From NCBI GenBank assembly GCA_963675525.2, contig CAXXSL010000019.1:160001-224000 (forward strand): a stretch of DNA of 64,000 nucleotides. The letters are read 5' to 3'. Positions 19,831 through 28,261 of this stretch are shown here, in pieces. Made by a program: the position numbers and the translations under genes. Positions within the stretch are counted from its first letter, which is position 1. The number at the start of each line of letters is the position of its first letter. The stretch comes from Anaerohalosphaeraceae bacterium. Its GTDB lineage: Bacteria; Planctomycetota; Phycisphaerae; Sedimentisphaerales; Anaerohalosphaeraceae. Below the pieces are notes generated by a model that saw only the letters and a program-made list of their open reading frames with translations, had not been told where the DNA came from and did not search any database.

Positions 19831-20679
19831 CTACGCACTTTGCTCAAACTCCTTCTTCATCCCTATCTCTTTCTCCATGATATTCTTGAATCTGGCGCCG
19901 CTTATGGTATGGTCGGCAACGAGTTTGCCGTCGTACAGCACCCCGGCTACGGCATAAGGCCATGGTGCGTTCTGGGCTTGCCTGTAGCTTTTATAATCAA
20001 CGATTCTCGGTTCTATGCCGTATCTGGCTCTCGCTATCTCAGTAATATCATTTACCATTTTTGCGTTATGAGGACATTGGCCGGAAGTGATAATCACAAG
20101 GCCCTTTCCGAATTTCTTTCGCTTCTTATCCCATTGCCCCTTAAAGCTCGGTGTGGGATCGGATTTCCTGAATTTCTTCACCAGCAGTGAAAAGTCCGGC
20201 AGTGCCGTCTCAACCTCCTCGAACCCGTTCTTAAGAAACAATTCCTTTCCGGCCATCCAGGTACCCTCGCGTGTAACAACAGCCGCACCGTGCATATTTG
20301 CATTCCTGGCATCCTTTACGCAAGCCTCTATAAGGTGTGTGCCGTAACCTCTGCTCTTGAACCTGGCCTCCATGTAGATGCAGTGTATGAACATGTAGCC
20401 TTTAGCGTTCACGGCCCTCCATGCGCGTTCACCGGGTACGTACTCAATGTACCCCGCGATACCTTCATCCGGTGTGTTGAGCATCTTGGCCTTTAATCCT
20501 TCGGACATACGTTTCCTGAGCCACTGGAACTTGTGTTGATAAGGGGCTTTGGTCGAATTTTTGTGCCCGCACAGCGGCACCTTTCCCGCATCCTTCGGTG
20601 TCATCTCGATAATTCGCGCCGTTGCCTGCGGTTTCTTAGATGTTTTCATAGTAACCCTGATTCCATTATTCTTATTCAT
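19831..20679 (-). CDS. GNAT N-acetyltransferase with YoaP-like C-terminal domain
   Basis: GYIEYVPGERAWRAV, FIHCI, SRGYGTHL acetyl-CoA motif, QCPH; start chosen at the ATGA overlap with the upstream gene. Confidence 0.85.
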   Translation of the reverse strand: MNKNNGIRVTMKTSKKPQATARIIEMTPKDAGKVPLCGHKNSTKAPYQHKFQWLRKRMSEGLKAKMLNTPDEGIAGYIEYVPGERAWRAVNAKGYMFIHCIYMEARFKSRGYGTHLIEACVKDARNANMHGAAVVTREGTWMAGKELFLKNGFEEVETALPDFSLLVKKFRKSDPTPSFKGQWDKKRKKFGKGLVIITSGQCPHNAKMVNDITEIARARYGIEPRIVDYKSYRQAQNAPWPYAVAGVLYDGKLVADHTISGARFKNIMEKEIGMKKEFEQSA

Positions 20680-21482
20680 TTCAATACCTGCACTGTAAAG
20701 CAAGAAGTGAGTTGAAAAATATCCTTAATGGGAATATCCAGATTATCAAAGAGCTTTTTAATATCATTTACATTTCTACATGGCACGGACTCCGGCACTG
20801 ATGCGATCAGTTCGTCCGGCTTATCAATACGCTTCCACATCTTTGTCCATCGTTTCACGGCTTGTCGTTCTTTGAAATCCATATTGACACGGAGTTTAAC
20901 CAGCATCAATAAAGCACTGATTAAGTTGATATCTGCTTCATGTGCAATAGTCTTAAGGAGGTTGAGAGGTTTGAGTCTGAACAATTTATACATTCTTTTT
21001 AGACGCCATCTGCTCTTATCTGTGAGTAATCCTAAATATCTCATTAGTTTTTCACCTTGAGGAGGAAGCCGATAAAACGCAATTAACACCGTTCCGTTTT
21101 TATGAGTTACTCGCTTCGCTTCGTTCAGTATCGAATGTATTTGTTTCTCATCGTCAATAAAATCAATTACGCCTGTCGCTATAATAGATGTTCGGTAAGT
21201 GCCGTCGCTGAGGGGTATTTTCTTGCCATTTGCCAAAATGATATCCAGGCCTCTTCGCTTTTTAGCGAAAGCAACCATTTCCGGCTCTGCATCTATTCCG
21301 TCAACGCTTAATCCTTTTTTGCGTAATGCTTCCACCAGCATACCTTGCCCCGCTCCAATAATCAGTGCGGGATCTTCAACCATATGAGATAGTTTTTCGA
21401 TGCTATCCAGATCCAGGAAATTATCTTCAATATACGACCAATATGGCGACGATGATTTCCAATACAAATATTGATCGGTCAT
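20676..21482 (-). CDS. Class I SAM-dependent methyltransferase
   Basis: LIIGAGQG motif I, VDGID motif II, EAKRV..NG. Confidence 0.8.
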   Translation of the reverse strand: MTDQYLYWKSSSPYWSYIEDNFLDLDSIEKLSHMVEDPALIIGAGQGMLVEALRKKGLSVDGIDAEPEMVAFAKKRRGLDIILANGKKIPLSDGTYRTSIIATGVIDFIDDEKQIHSILNEAKRVTHKNGTVLIAFYRLPPQGEKLMRYLGLLTDKSRWRLKRMYKLFRLKPLNLLKTIAHEADINLISALLMLVKLRVNMDFKERQAVKRWTKMWKRIDKPDELIASVPESVPCRNVNDIKKLFDNLDIPIKDIFQLTSCFTVQVLK

Positions 21483-21728
21483 GTAAAATCTCCTAAATCC
21501 AGCATTAATAATATACCAAATTCAAGGCAGATTTCAACGGTGGATTTAACCGTGTAATGAAATATGAATAGGCAATAGGGCCTGTCTGAGTAATGCCGAT
21601 CATAAAAGGGTGAGGGGGAGACCGAGGGGGTAGGGTATTTTCATAGTTGATTTCTTGGAAGTAGGTATGTAGGATATAAATCGTTGTAAATAACAAGAAC
21701 TGTTTTTAGAGATTGACAGGCTTGGAAA

Positions 21729-22049
21729 ATGATGGGACCATTTTATAACTATCGAGATTCTAATCATTTGCTCGAACTAATAAAGAAGTTAGAAGATTCA
21801 GGCATCAAGATTTGTGAAAATATAAATCAAAATTATACTTGTTATGATATTCATAAAGGTCTTGGTTATGTTGTAGCGATTATAGGATACTATGAAACCA
21901 AAGACTCCCTCTACTTAGCTTATGGCCATACTAACAATCCTTTTCTGTGGTATCATGATGGCAAACTACTAAAGACCATACAGGATGTTCTAGAGTCGAA
22001 TGGCTCTGAGATGATTTTTCCAGAAAGTATATATCCTAAAGAGAAATAA
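21729..22049 (+). CDS. Hypothetical protein (AT-rich)
   Basis: 106 aa open frame with plausible composition; no recognised motif. Confidence 0.5.
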   Translation: MMGPFYNYRDSNHLLELIKKLEDSGIKICENINQNYTCYDIHKGLGYVVAIIGYYETKDSLYLAYGHTNNPFLWYHDGKLLKTIQDVLESNGSEMIFPESIYPKEK

Positions 22050-22150
22050 CGGAGCCTAATGAAGGGGAGAGGCGGACCGAGGAAGTATAGCAAGCAGAGA
22101 CTCCTCATCCTTTTTTATGCAGTTTGTTCTTTCCACTCCATTTTCATCCA

Positions 22151-22278
22151 CGAAATTAGACACCAACTACACACTAAAACACACAAACTGCGTAGATACT
22201 GCGTAGAAATAAATACCATTAATTATTCTATTTTTTCTATGTCCACAAAAAAAGCGTTGTAAGTTATGTTCTTACAAC
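22151..22278. repeat. Direct repeat copy B, includes the tRNA-Asn terminator-like hairpin
   Basis: See copy A; GCGTTGTAAG/CTTACAACGC stem followed by T7 on the minus strand. Confidence 0.85.
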
Positions 22279-22290
22279 GCCTTAATAAAG

Positions 22291-22363
22291 CTCCCCGAGT
22301 AGGGTTCGAACCTACGACCTAGCGGTTAACAGCCGCTCGCTCTACCAATTGAGCTATCGGGGA
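22291..22363 (-). tRNA. tRNA-Asn(GTT), CCA not encoded
   Basis: Minus strand TCCCCGA acceptor stem, AGCTCAATTGGTAGAGC D-arm, CTGTTAA anticodon loop, GTTCGAAC T-loop. Confidence 0.97.
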
Positions 22364-22600
22364 CTCTTTACCTTATCTGCCAAGTTGGTAATCCGCAGAA
22401 AACACATATTTTGCAAAAAAACCTTAAATTGTCAAGGCCTGGGTGCAAAAAAAGTGTAAATATCCGCTAAAAATGCACCCAAAGCTGGACAAGAGTGCTT
22501 GAATTAGCTACAATTTTTACAGTAGGAATTTTTCATTTCGCTGTAGTTTAATGGAAATAAATGAAAAAAGGGCTCTAAAACTGACGATATATAGGTAGCT

Positions 22601-23470
22601 ATGGAAAAAAGCATCATTGATATAGATGGTTATACGATTCTCAACCGATTGGGCACAGGTGCGCGGACGACGATTTACAAAGCCAAAGAAGAGGCTACCG
22701 GGCGGATTGTGGCCCTCAAACGGGCTGTTCTGGAAAGTCCCGAAGACACACGCATTTTTGACCAGATGGAATCCGAATACAGGGTTGCCCGCCAAGTTGA
22801 TCACCCTTACATTCGCCAGTGTTACGAATTGATCCGCGTTCGTAAGATGTTGCGAACAAATGAGATGTATCTAACGATGGAGTTTTTCGACGGTCAGAGT
22901 CTTGAAGAGAACCGCCGGCTTAGCCTTGGCGATGTTTTGCTGGTATTTCGCATGGTGGCGATGGGTTTGAATGCCATGCACGAAAAAGGGTTTGTTCACT
23001 GCGACATTAAGCCGAACAACATCCTATTTAGCAAGAAGGGCGCCATTAAGGTGATTGACTTGGGCCAAAGCTGCAAACTGGGAGATATCAAAAAGCGCAT
23101 CCAAGGTACCCCCGATTACATTGCGCCTGAACAGGTCCGACGCGAACATCTTAGCCATCGTACAGATATTTTTAATCTGGGCGCAACAATGCACTGGGCG
23201 CTGACCGGCAAAAATGTACCGACACTGATTCCGCAGAAAAACGAATACGGGATCGCCATCGACCCGATCAATTCTTTCAAGTCGCCTCATGAGATTTACC
23301 CCAAGATTCCCAAACCGCTGTCAGACCTGGTGGTTGAATGTGTTCAGGAAAAACCGTCTAAACGCCCGGCGAACATGGGCGAGATCATCGGCAGACTGGA
23401 CCTAATGATTCGAGAAATTTTTGTATCCCGAACGACGAATGCCCCAACAGTCAATAAAACTCTGCCGTGA
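22601..23470 (+). CDS. Hanks-type Ser/Thr protein kinase (soluble, non-RD)
   Basis: LGTGA, VALK, HCDIKPNN, IDLG, GTPDYIAPE, DIFNLG. Confidence 0.93.
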   Translation: MEKSIIDIDGYTILNRLGTGARTTIYKAKEEATGRIVALKRAVLESPEDTRIFDQMESEYRVARQVDHPYIRQCYELIRVRKMLRTNEMYLTMEFFDGQSLEENRRLSLGDVLLVFRMVAMGLNAMHEKGFVHCDIKPNNILFSKKGAIKVIDLGQSCKLGDIKKRIQGTPDYIAPEQVRREHLSHRTDIFNLGATMHWALTGKNVPTLIPQKNEYGIAIDPINSFKSPHEIYPKIPKPLSDLVVECVQEKPSKRPANMGEIIGRLDLMIREIFVSRTTNAPTVNKTLP

Positions 23471-24287
23471 AGGTGCCGCCTTAAATCGGTCATGCCGTTA
23501 TCGTATCGGCAATGTCATTGAGCTCCCTAAAACGGGTCATGTCATTGTAACGGGTGATTTGCACGGTCATTGGCGCAATTTCGAGCGCATTACAAAGCTG
23601 GCCGACCTCGAAAACAATCCCGAGACCCACGTTATCCTGCAGGAGATCATTCATGGCGGTCCGGAAGATGACTTTGGAGGGTGTCTGTCGTTTCGCTTGT
23701 TGTTTGAGGCCATCCGCTACAAGATACGCTTTCCCGAACAAGTGCATATTATACTCGGCAATCATGACACTGCCGCCGTGTGCAACAGCGCCGTGCTGAA
23801 AGGCGGTAAAGAGATGAACCGCGCGATGCAGCAGGCGATGAAACGGAATTTCGATCAACATTACAGTGATGTGTACGATGCGATGGTCGAGTATCTTATG
23901 AGTCAGCCGCTGGCGGTTCGCTGTGCTAACCGGGTTTGGATGTCGCATTCGCTTCCAGCCGACCAATATGTCGAAAACTTCGACCTGTCGATTTTCAACC
24001 GGGAATATACACTCGATGACATTGAACGGCCGAATCCGGTGTACCTGCTGACGTGGGGCCGGCGGCATTCGAATGCTGCATTGGTCCGTCTGGCCGAAAT
24101 GTTTGATGCCGACACTTTCGTCCTCGGCCACCAGCCGCAGGAAACCGGCTGGTCTCTGGTTGAGCCGAATACACTCATCATCGCTTCTGAACACAGCTTT
24201 GGATGTGTCCTGAAATTTGATCTTAGCAAATCCTATACTGCCCGTGAGTTAGCCGAATGTATTGTTATACTGAACGCCATTGAATAA
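23439..24287 (+). CDS. Calcineurin-like metallophosphoesterase
   Basis: GDLHG, GNHD, SHS, GHQ motifs; overlaps the kinase 3' end. Confidence 0.85.
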   Translation: MPQQSIKLCREGAALNRSCRYRIGNVIELPKTGHVIVTGDLHGHWRNFERITKLADLENNPETHVILQEIIHGGPEDDFGGCLSFRLLFEAIRYKIRFPEQVHIILGNHDTAAVCNSAVLKGGKEMNRAMQQAMKRNFDQHYSDVYDAMVEYLMSQPLAVRCANRVWMSHSLPADQYVENFDLSIFNREYTLDDIERPNPVYLLTWGRRHSNAALVRLAEMFDADTFVLGHQPQETGWSLVEPNTLIIASEHSFGCVLKFDLSKSYTARELAECIVILNAIE

Positions 24288-24348
24288 GGCAGATGGTATT
24301 GTGTTATGACAATAATAAGATTTCGTCGGCTTTTCATTGAGACTTGCT

Positions 24349-25296
24349 TTAAGAGACGCCGACGATAGTGATTTTGTTTTTACCCGAGCGTTTTGCTTCG
24401 AGCATCGCGTGGTCGGCTTTTTCAAAAAGTGCTTCCGCGGTTTTGGCATCAACCGGATAGGTGGCCAATCCGCCGCTGATAGTGAGCTTTCCCTTCCCCT
24501 TGTGGCCGAGGCATTCGAACTCGGCCTGGCTCATTTCCGCACAAAATCGCTCGGCCATGAACCGGACTTTCCGGGGGTGATCCTGACTGGTGTGGCGGCG
24601 GTCGTCGTTTGGCCTTTCTTCCGGCAGGTCCCAGAAGATGACAGCGAATTCATCGCCGCCAAGGCGTACAACGACATCATGTTCTCGACAGCATCGGCGT
24701 ATTAGCCGGGCTGTTTGAGCTAGCACCGTATCGCCGGTAGAGTGGCCGAATGTGTCATTGTAATGCTTGAAATTGTCCAGATCAAACAATAGCAGCGTGA
24801 CACGTGTATTACTTTCCTTGGCGGCATTGATAATGGCAGGCAGAAACTGACGCAGATACCGGCGGTTCTTCAGGCCGGTCAAATCATCCTGTGTGACAAG
24901 TTCTTCCAGCATGCGAATACGTTCGTTTTTACTGAAAGTGTTTACGTCTGAGGGTGTGGATTTCATTTGCGAGAGCGAAGACGATAGCGGCAGCAGAAAG
25001 TAGTCCTTGACCAATGCCGCATTTCGCAGACCGATTGCTTCAGGCTCTTCGGACATATTTATCAGCAGGTATAATGTCGAAGCGGCCGCGGCCTGTGACA
25101 GGGCTGTCAGTGCCTGAGCTTTGGGTTCCGGCAGTTGGCTTAGCACGACGTAGATTGCATGATACGGGCCGTTTTTGACTGCGGCGAATGCTTCGAATAT
25201 GTTGCTGCAGCGGTCGGCTGAGAGCATTTCTACGGTTCTGTTTGTAGTGGTACCGATCAGAAGATTCGGATGTTGCGACGTGCGGTTTTTCATCAT
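24349..25296 (-). CDS. Diguanylate cyclase (GGDEF)
   Basis: DDLTGLKNRR, DLDNFK.YND.FGH..GD, REHD I-site, GGDEF, ADHAMLEAKRSGKN. Confidence 0.93.
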   Translation of the reverse strand: MMKNRTSQHPNLLIGTTTNRTVEMLSADRCSNIFEAFAAVKNGPYHAIYVVLSQLPEPKAQALTALSQAAAASTLYLLINMSEEPEAIGLRNAALVKDYFLLPLSSSLSQMKSTPSDVNTFSKNERIRMLEELVTQDDLTGLKNRRYLRQFLPAIINAAKESNTRVTLLLFDLDNFKHYNDTFGHSTGDTVLAQTARLIRRCCREHDVVVRLGGDEFAVIFWDLPEERPNDDRRHTSQDHPRKVRFMAERFCAEMSQAEFECLGHKGKGKLTISGGLATYPVDAKTAEALFEKADHAMLEAKRSGKNKITIVGVS

Positions 25297-25796
25297 CCGG
25301 CTCCTAACAGGGCGTCCAACTCTTCATCGCTCAGTGTGTATTCATCGTCGGTTATTTTTTGGGCGATGTGTTTAGAGTCTTCCAGGTCGTGGTGGACCTG
25401 ATTCCGGATCCATGTGTTTCGGAAAGCCGTGATGACTCGGCGAAGTTGTTCGGTATTACTGACCATGACCATACCGTGATCGCTGATCGTTCCGAAGGAT
25501 GCATCGTTGGATGCTTCTCCGGGACCGAGCCAACCGATCAGATGCAGGTCAGGGTAGTACTGAAGTGCCGAAACCAGACATGGCTTGGTGAGCATAGCCG
25601 GACGGGCGATGAGAATTGCCGGATGTTCCTGTGTTACTTGATGCAGGTGCACAAGAACATCATACACCGACCTGCATAGCAGACACTCACCTTGGTCCTG
25701 TGTTGTAATCGCACTGACCTGAGCAGAAAGCGTATCTGCCGGTCTGGCCAGCACCAGGATATTCCCGTCCAATATTCTTGCCATGGTTTGCATCAC
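25293..25796 (-). CDS. Hypothetical protein, possibly degenerate receiver-like fold
   Basis: ATGA-coupled to the GGDEF gene; C-terminal LSDEELDALL motif. Confidence 0.65.
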   Translation of the reverse strand: MMQTMARILDGNILVLARPADTLSAQVSAITTQDQGECLLCRSVYDVLVHLHQVTQEHPAILIARPAMLTKPCLVSALQYYPDLHLIGWLGPGEASNDASFGTISDHGMVMVSNTEQLRRVITAFRNTWIRNQVHHDLEDSKHIAQKITDDEYTLSDEELDALLGAG

Positions 25797-25940
25797 CCGA
25801 AATCTCCGATAGCCACATATCTCATCCTACGAAATTCGACTGGGAAAGTCAATTGAAATTGCTGTTTTAGGCCACATTGGCGGCGCATAAAAAAGGCTCG
25901 AAAGACAGCTTCCGAGCCTTGGATTGGTTTACAGATCGGA

Positions 25941-28235
25941 TTAAACAGGTTGCTCGACATGGACGCGCTGATATTCCTGGTAGGAACGGTAGTATTCGCG
26001 GAAGTAACCGCCTTTTCGGGTCTTGACGCCCATAAGGACAGTGCCAATGATCTCAGCGTTGACTTCGCGAAGTTCACGCAGGATTCTCATGCCGGCGCCG
26101 CGGTGAGTTGCAGCAGCATTGAGTACCAGAATTGTACCGTCAACCTGTGCGGCCAATGCTTTGGCGTCGCTGACCAGTGTTGCCGGGCCGTCAATGATGA
26201 CGTAATCGAATTGTTGTTTACAATTTTCCAGTAGCGATTTCATGCGTGTGGTCGTGAACAACTCCGTCGGGTTAGCCGGTAGCGGGCCGCTGTCTACGAC
26301 AGAGAGATTCTCGATGCCGCTGGGACGAATGACCTGGCTTTGGTCGGCACATTGCCCCATGAGGTAATTGCTGAGCCCGTAATCGAAAAACTCAACCGGA
26401 GAACCGTTGGCCTTGGCGTGCGGGAACAATCGGGTTGTAGTCGGCCGGCGGAAGTTGGCATCGATCAGCAGAACGGTTTTGTCCTCAGCCAGCAGGGTGC
26501 TTGCCATATTGACAGCAACAGTGGTTTTGCCGTCTCCGGCGGAACCGCTGGTAACGAGCAGGATTTTATGCATAATACCGCCCGGCCCGGACAATTTCAG
26601 ATTTGTACGGAGTTGACGATAGCATTCGCTCATGATCGAGTAGGGGGCCTGGCGAACGACGTGATAAAGGTCAACGCCTTCGACGTCATCATCATCGTCG
26701 AGGTGACAAATTGATCCCATGAGTGGAGTCTTCAGATGCCGCATCACATCACTGGGAGTCCGTATCAGGTCGTTGAGCATTTCGACTGCAAAGGCCAGTC
26801 CCAGTCCGAACAAGAGCCCCAGCACGAAGCCGCCCGGGATGAACAAGAGCGGACTTGGGAAGCTTTTTTCACGGGGTACCGGAGTGAGCCCCATTGACCT
26901 GAGTGTGCTCAACTTGGGATCGTTGTACACGGACTTCAATTCCTCGATTTGACGAGTAATGTCTTCCAGGCGAGTCTGTTTTTCTTCCCGCTGTCTTTCA
27001 TATTTGGCGTATTCGGTTCGAATCTTGTCGATATCCTTGTATTCTGTCTGCGCCACGGCAAGCGCCCGTTTATTGCTTTCCAGTTGTTGCGTCAGAGTGG
27101 CCAGTTCGTCCTGAGCCCGCTGATGTGCAGATGTCCGAATGATCTCACCGATTTCAAATTGCCTCTTGGCCAGATCATCCTGCATTGTCTTCAAGGTAGC
27201 GCGAATTTCTCGGACGAGACGATGCTCTTCACCGAAGCGGTTCAGTCGCCTGCTGAGGAGCGGTTCCATCTGGGCAATAGAGTTGCGCATCTGGCGGGCG
27301 ATGGGGTCGCTTTCAATTTGCTCCTTGACCACTTGGTCGTACTCGATGGACTCGGCTCGTTTCTTTGTTATTTCCAGTTGTCTTTGAAGACCGCTGCCTC
27401 GTGTGTTTAGTTGGTTGAAGGTGTCTTCCAGATCGGTCAACTTCTCATCCATATAATCGCGAAATGACTGGTTTGGACCCAGGTTCAAGCGTGCAAAACG
27501 CGTTCCTGCACTGATGGCCTCAAGGGTTTTGACCGTATCATTCAGACTGGCTTGTATATCGTTTTGCTGTTTGGTTCGTTCGGTTAATTGTTCTGAGATA
27601 TCGCGTGTGGCAAGGTTATGCTGCTCTTGCATGAACAGGCGAATCATTTCATCAACGATTGTTGCGGCTTCTTTGGCTTTGCCGCAGGTCATTGAAATAC
27701 GAATGAAAGTTTGATCTCGGGGGGCGGCGGCCCTTAAGCTGTCTTCATCAAGGTCCTCGAAGGCTTCTGTGATCGCTTTTTCTTTGTCGCCGATGATTTG
27801 CCCCTCTTGATCAATCTTCGCAAAGCGTTTGAACCAATGAGTATCCTGAACTTTCGGCTGATTGATCAATTTTTCCAACATTCCCTGCTGTTTGATCAGT
27901 GAAGCCATCGTGAAACGGTGTTGGTAATAAATATCTTTATTCGGCGGTGTTTGTTCAATCTCTGTTGGATTCTTGAGACCAGGAGGGTCGATGTGGATGC
28001 CGCCCACGGCGGTATATTTTGGAATCAGGACGTCACAGAGAAACCATGCAATTCCACCGATGATCGTTCCTGACACAGTCAAGCCGATGATCATCCAGAT
28101 GTGACGGCGCAGAATCCCTACGATTTCCTTCGGTGTCATGGCCATTGCGCCGGCAACAACCGGGGGGGCTATTTTGGGGCGAGACGGCCTGACCGGCGGC
28201 ATCGCATTATTCGGTTTTTGAATGGGGTTATTCAT
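25941..28235 (-). CDS. wzc: Polysaccharide co-polymerase / tyrosine autokinase (Wzc-like)
   Basis: Two TMs around coiled coils; ECYRQLRTN, GSAGDGKT Walker A, VLLIDANFRRP, YVIIDGP; C-terminal Tyr cluster YFREYYRSYQEY. Confidence 0.92.
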   Translation of the reverse strand: MNNPIQKPNNAMPPVRPSRPKIAPPVVAGAMAMTPKEIVGILRRHIWMIIGLTVSGTIIGGIAWFLCDVLIPKYTAVGGIHIDPPGLKNPTEIEQTPPNKDIYYQHRFTMASLIKQQGMLEKLINQPKVQDTHWFKRFAKIDQEGQIIGDKEKAITEAFEDLDEDSLRAAAPRDQTFIRISMTCGKAKEAATIVDEMIRLFMQEQHNLATRDISEQLTERTKQQNDIQASLNDTVKTLEAISAGTRFARLNLGPNQSFRDYMDEKLTDLEDTFNQLNTRGSGLQRQLEITKKRAESIEYDQVVKEQIESDPIARQMRNSIAQMEPLLSRRLNRFGEEHRLVREIRATLKTMQDDLAKRQFEIGEIIRTSAHQRAQDELATLTQQLESNKRALAVAQTEYKDIDKIRTEYAKYERQREEKQTRLEDITRQIEELKSVYNDPKLSTLRSMGLTPVPREKSFPSPLLFIPGGFVLGLLFGLGLAFAVEMLNDLIRTPSDVMRHLKTPLMGSICHLDDDDDVEGVDLYHVVRQAPYSIMSECYRQLRTNLKLSGPGGIMHKILLVTSGSAGDGKTTVAVNMASTLLAEDKTVLLIDANFRRPTTTRLFPHAKANGSPVEFFDYGLSNYLMGQCADQSQVIRPSGIENLSVVDSGPLPANPTELFTTTRMKSLLENCKQQFDYVIIDGPATLVSDAKALAAQVDGTILVLNAAATHRGAGMRILRELREVNAEIIGTVLMGVKTRKGGYFREYYRSYQEYQRVHVEQPV

Positions 28236-28261
28236 ATTCAGTCTCCCTGTTCATAAGACCC

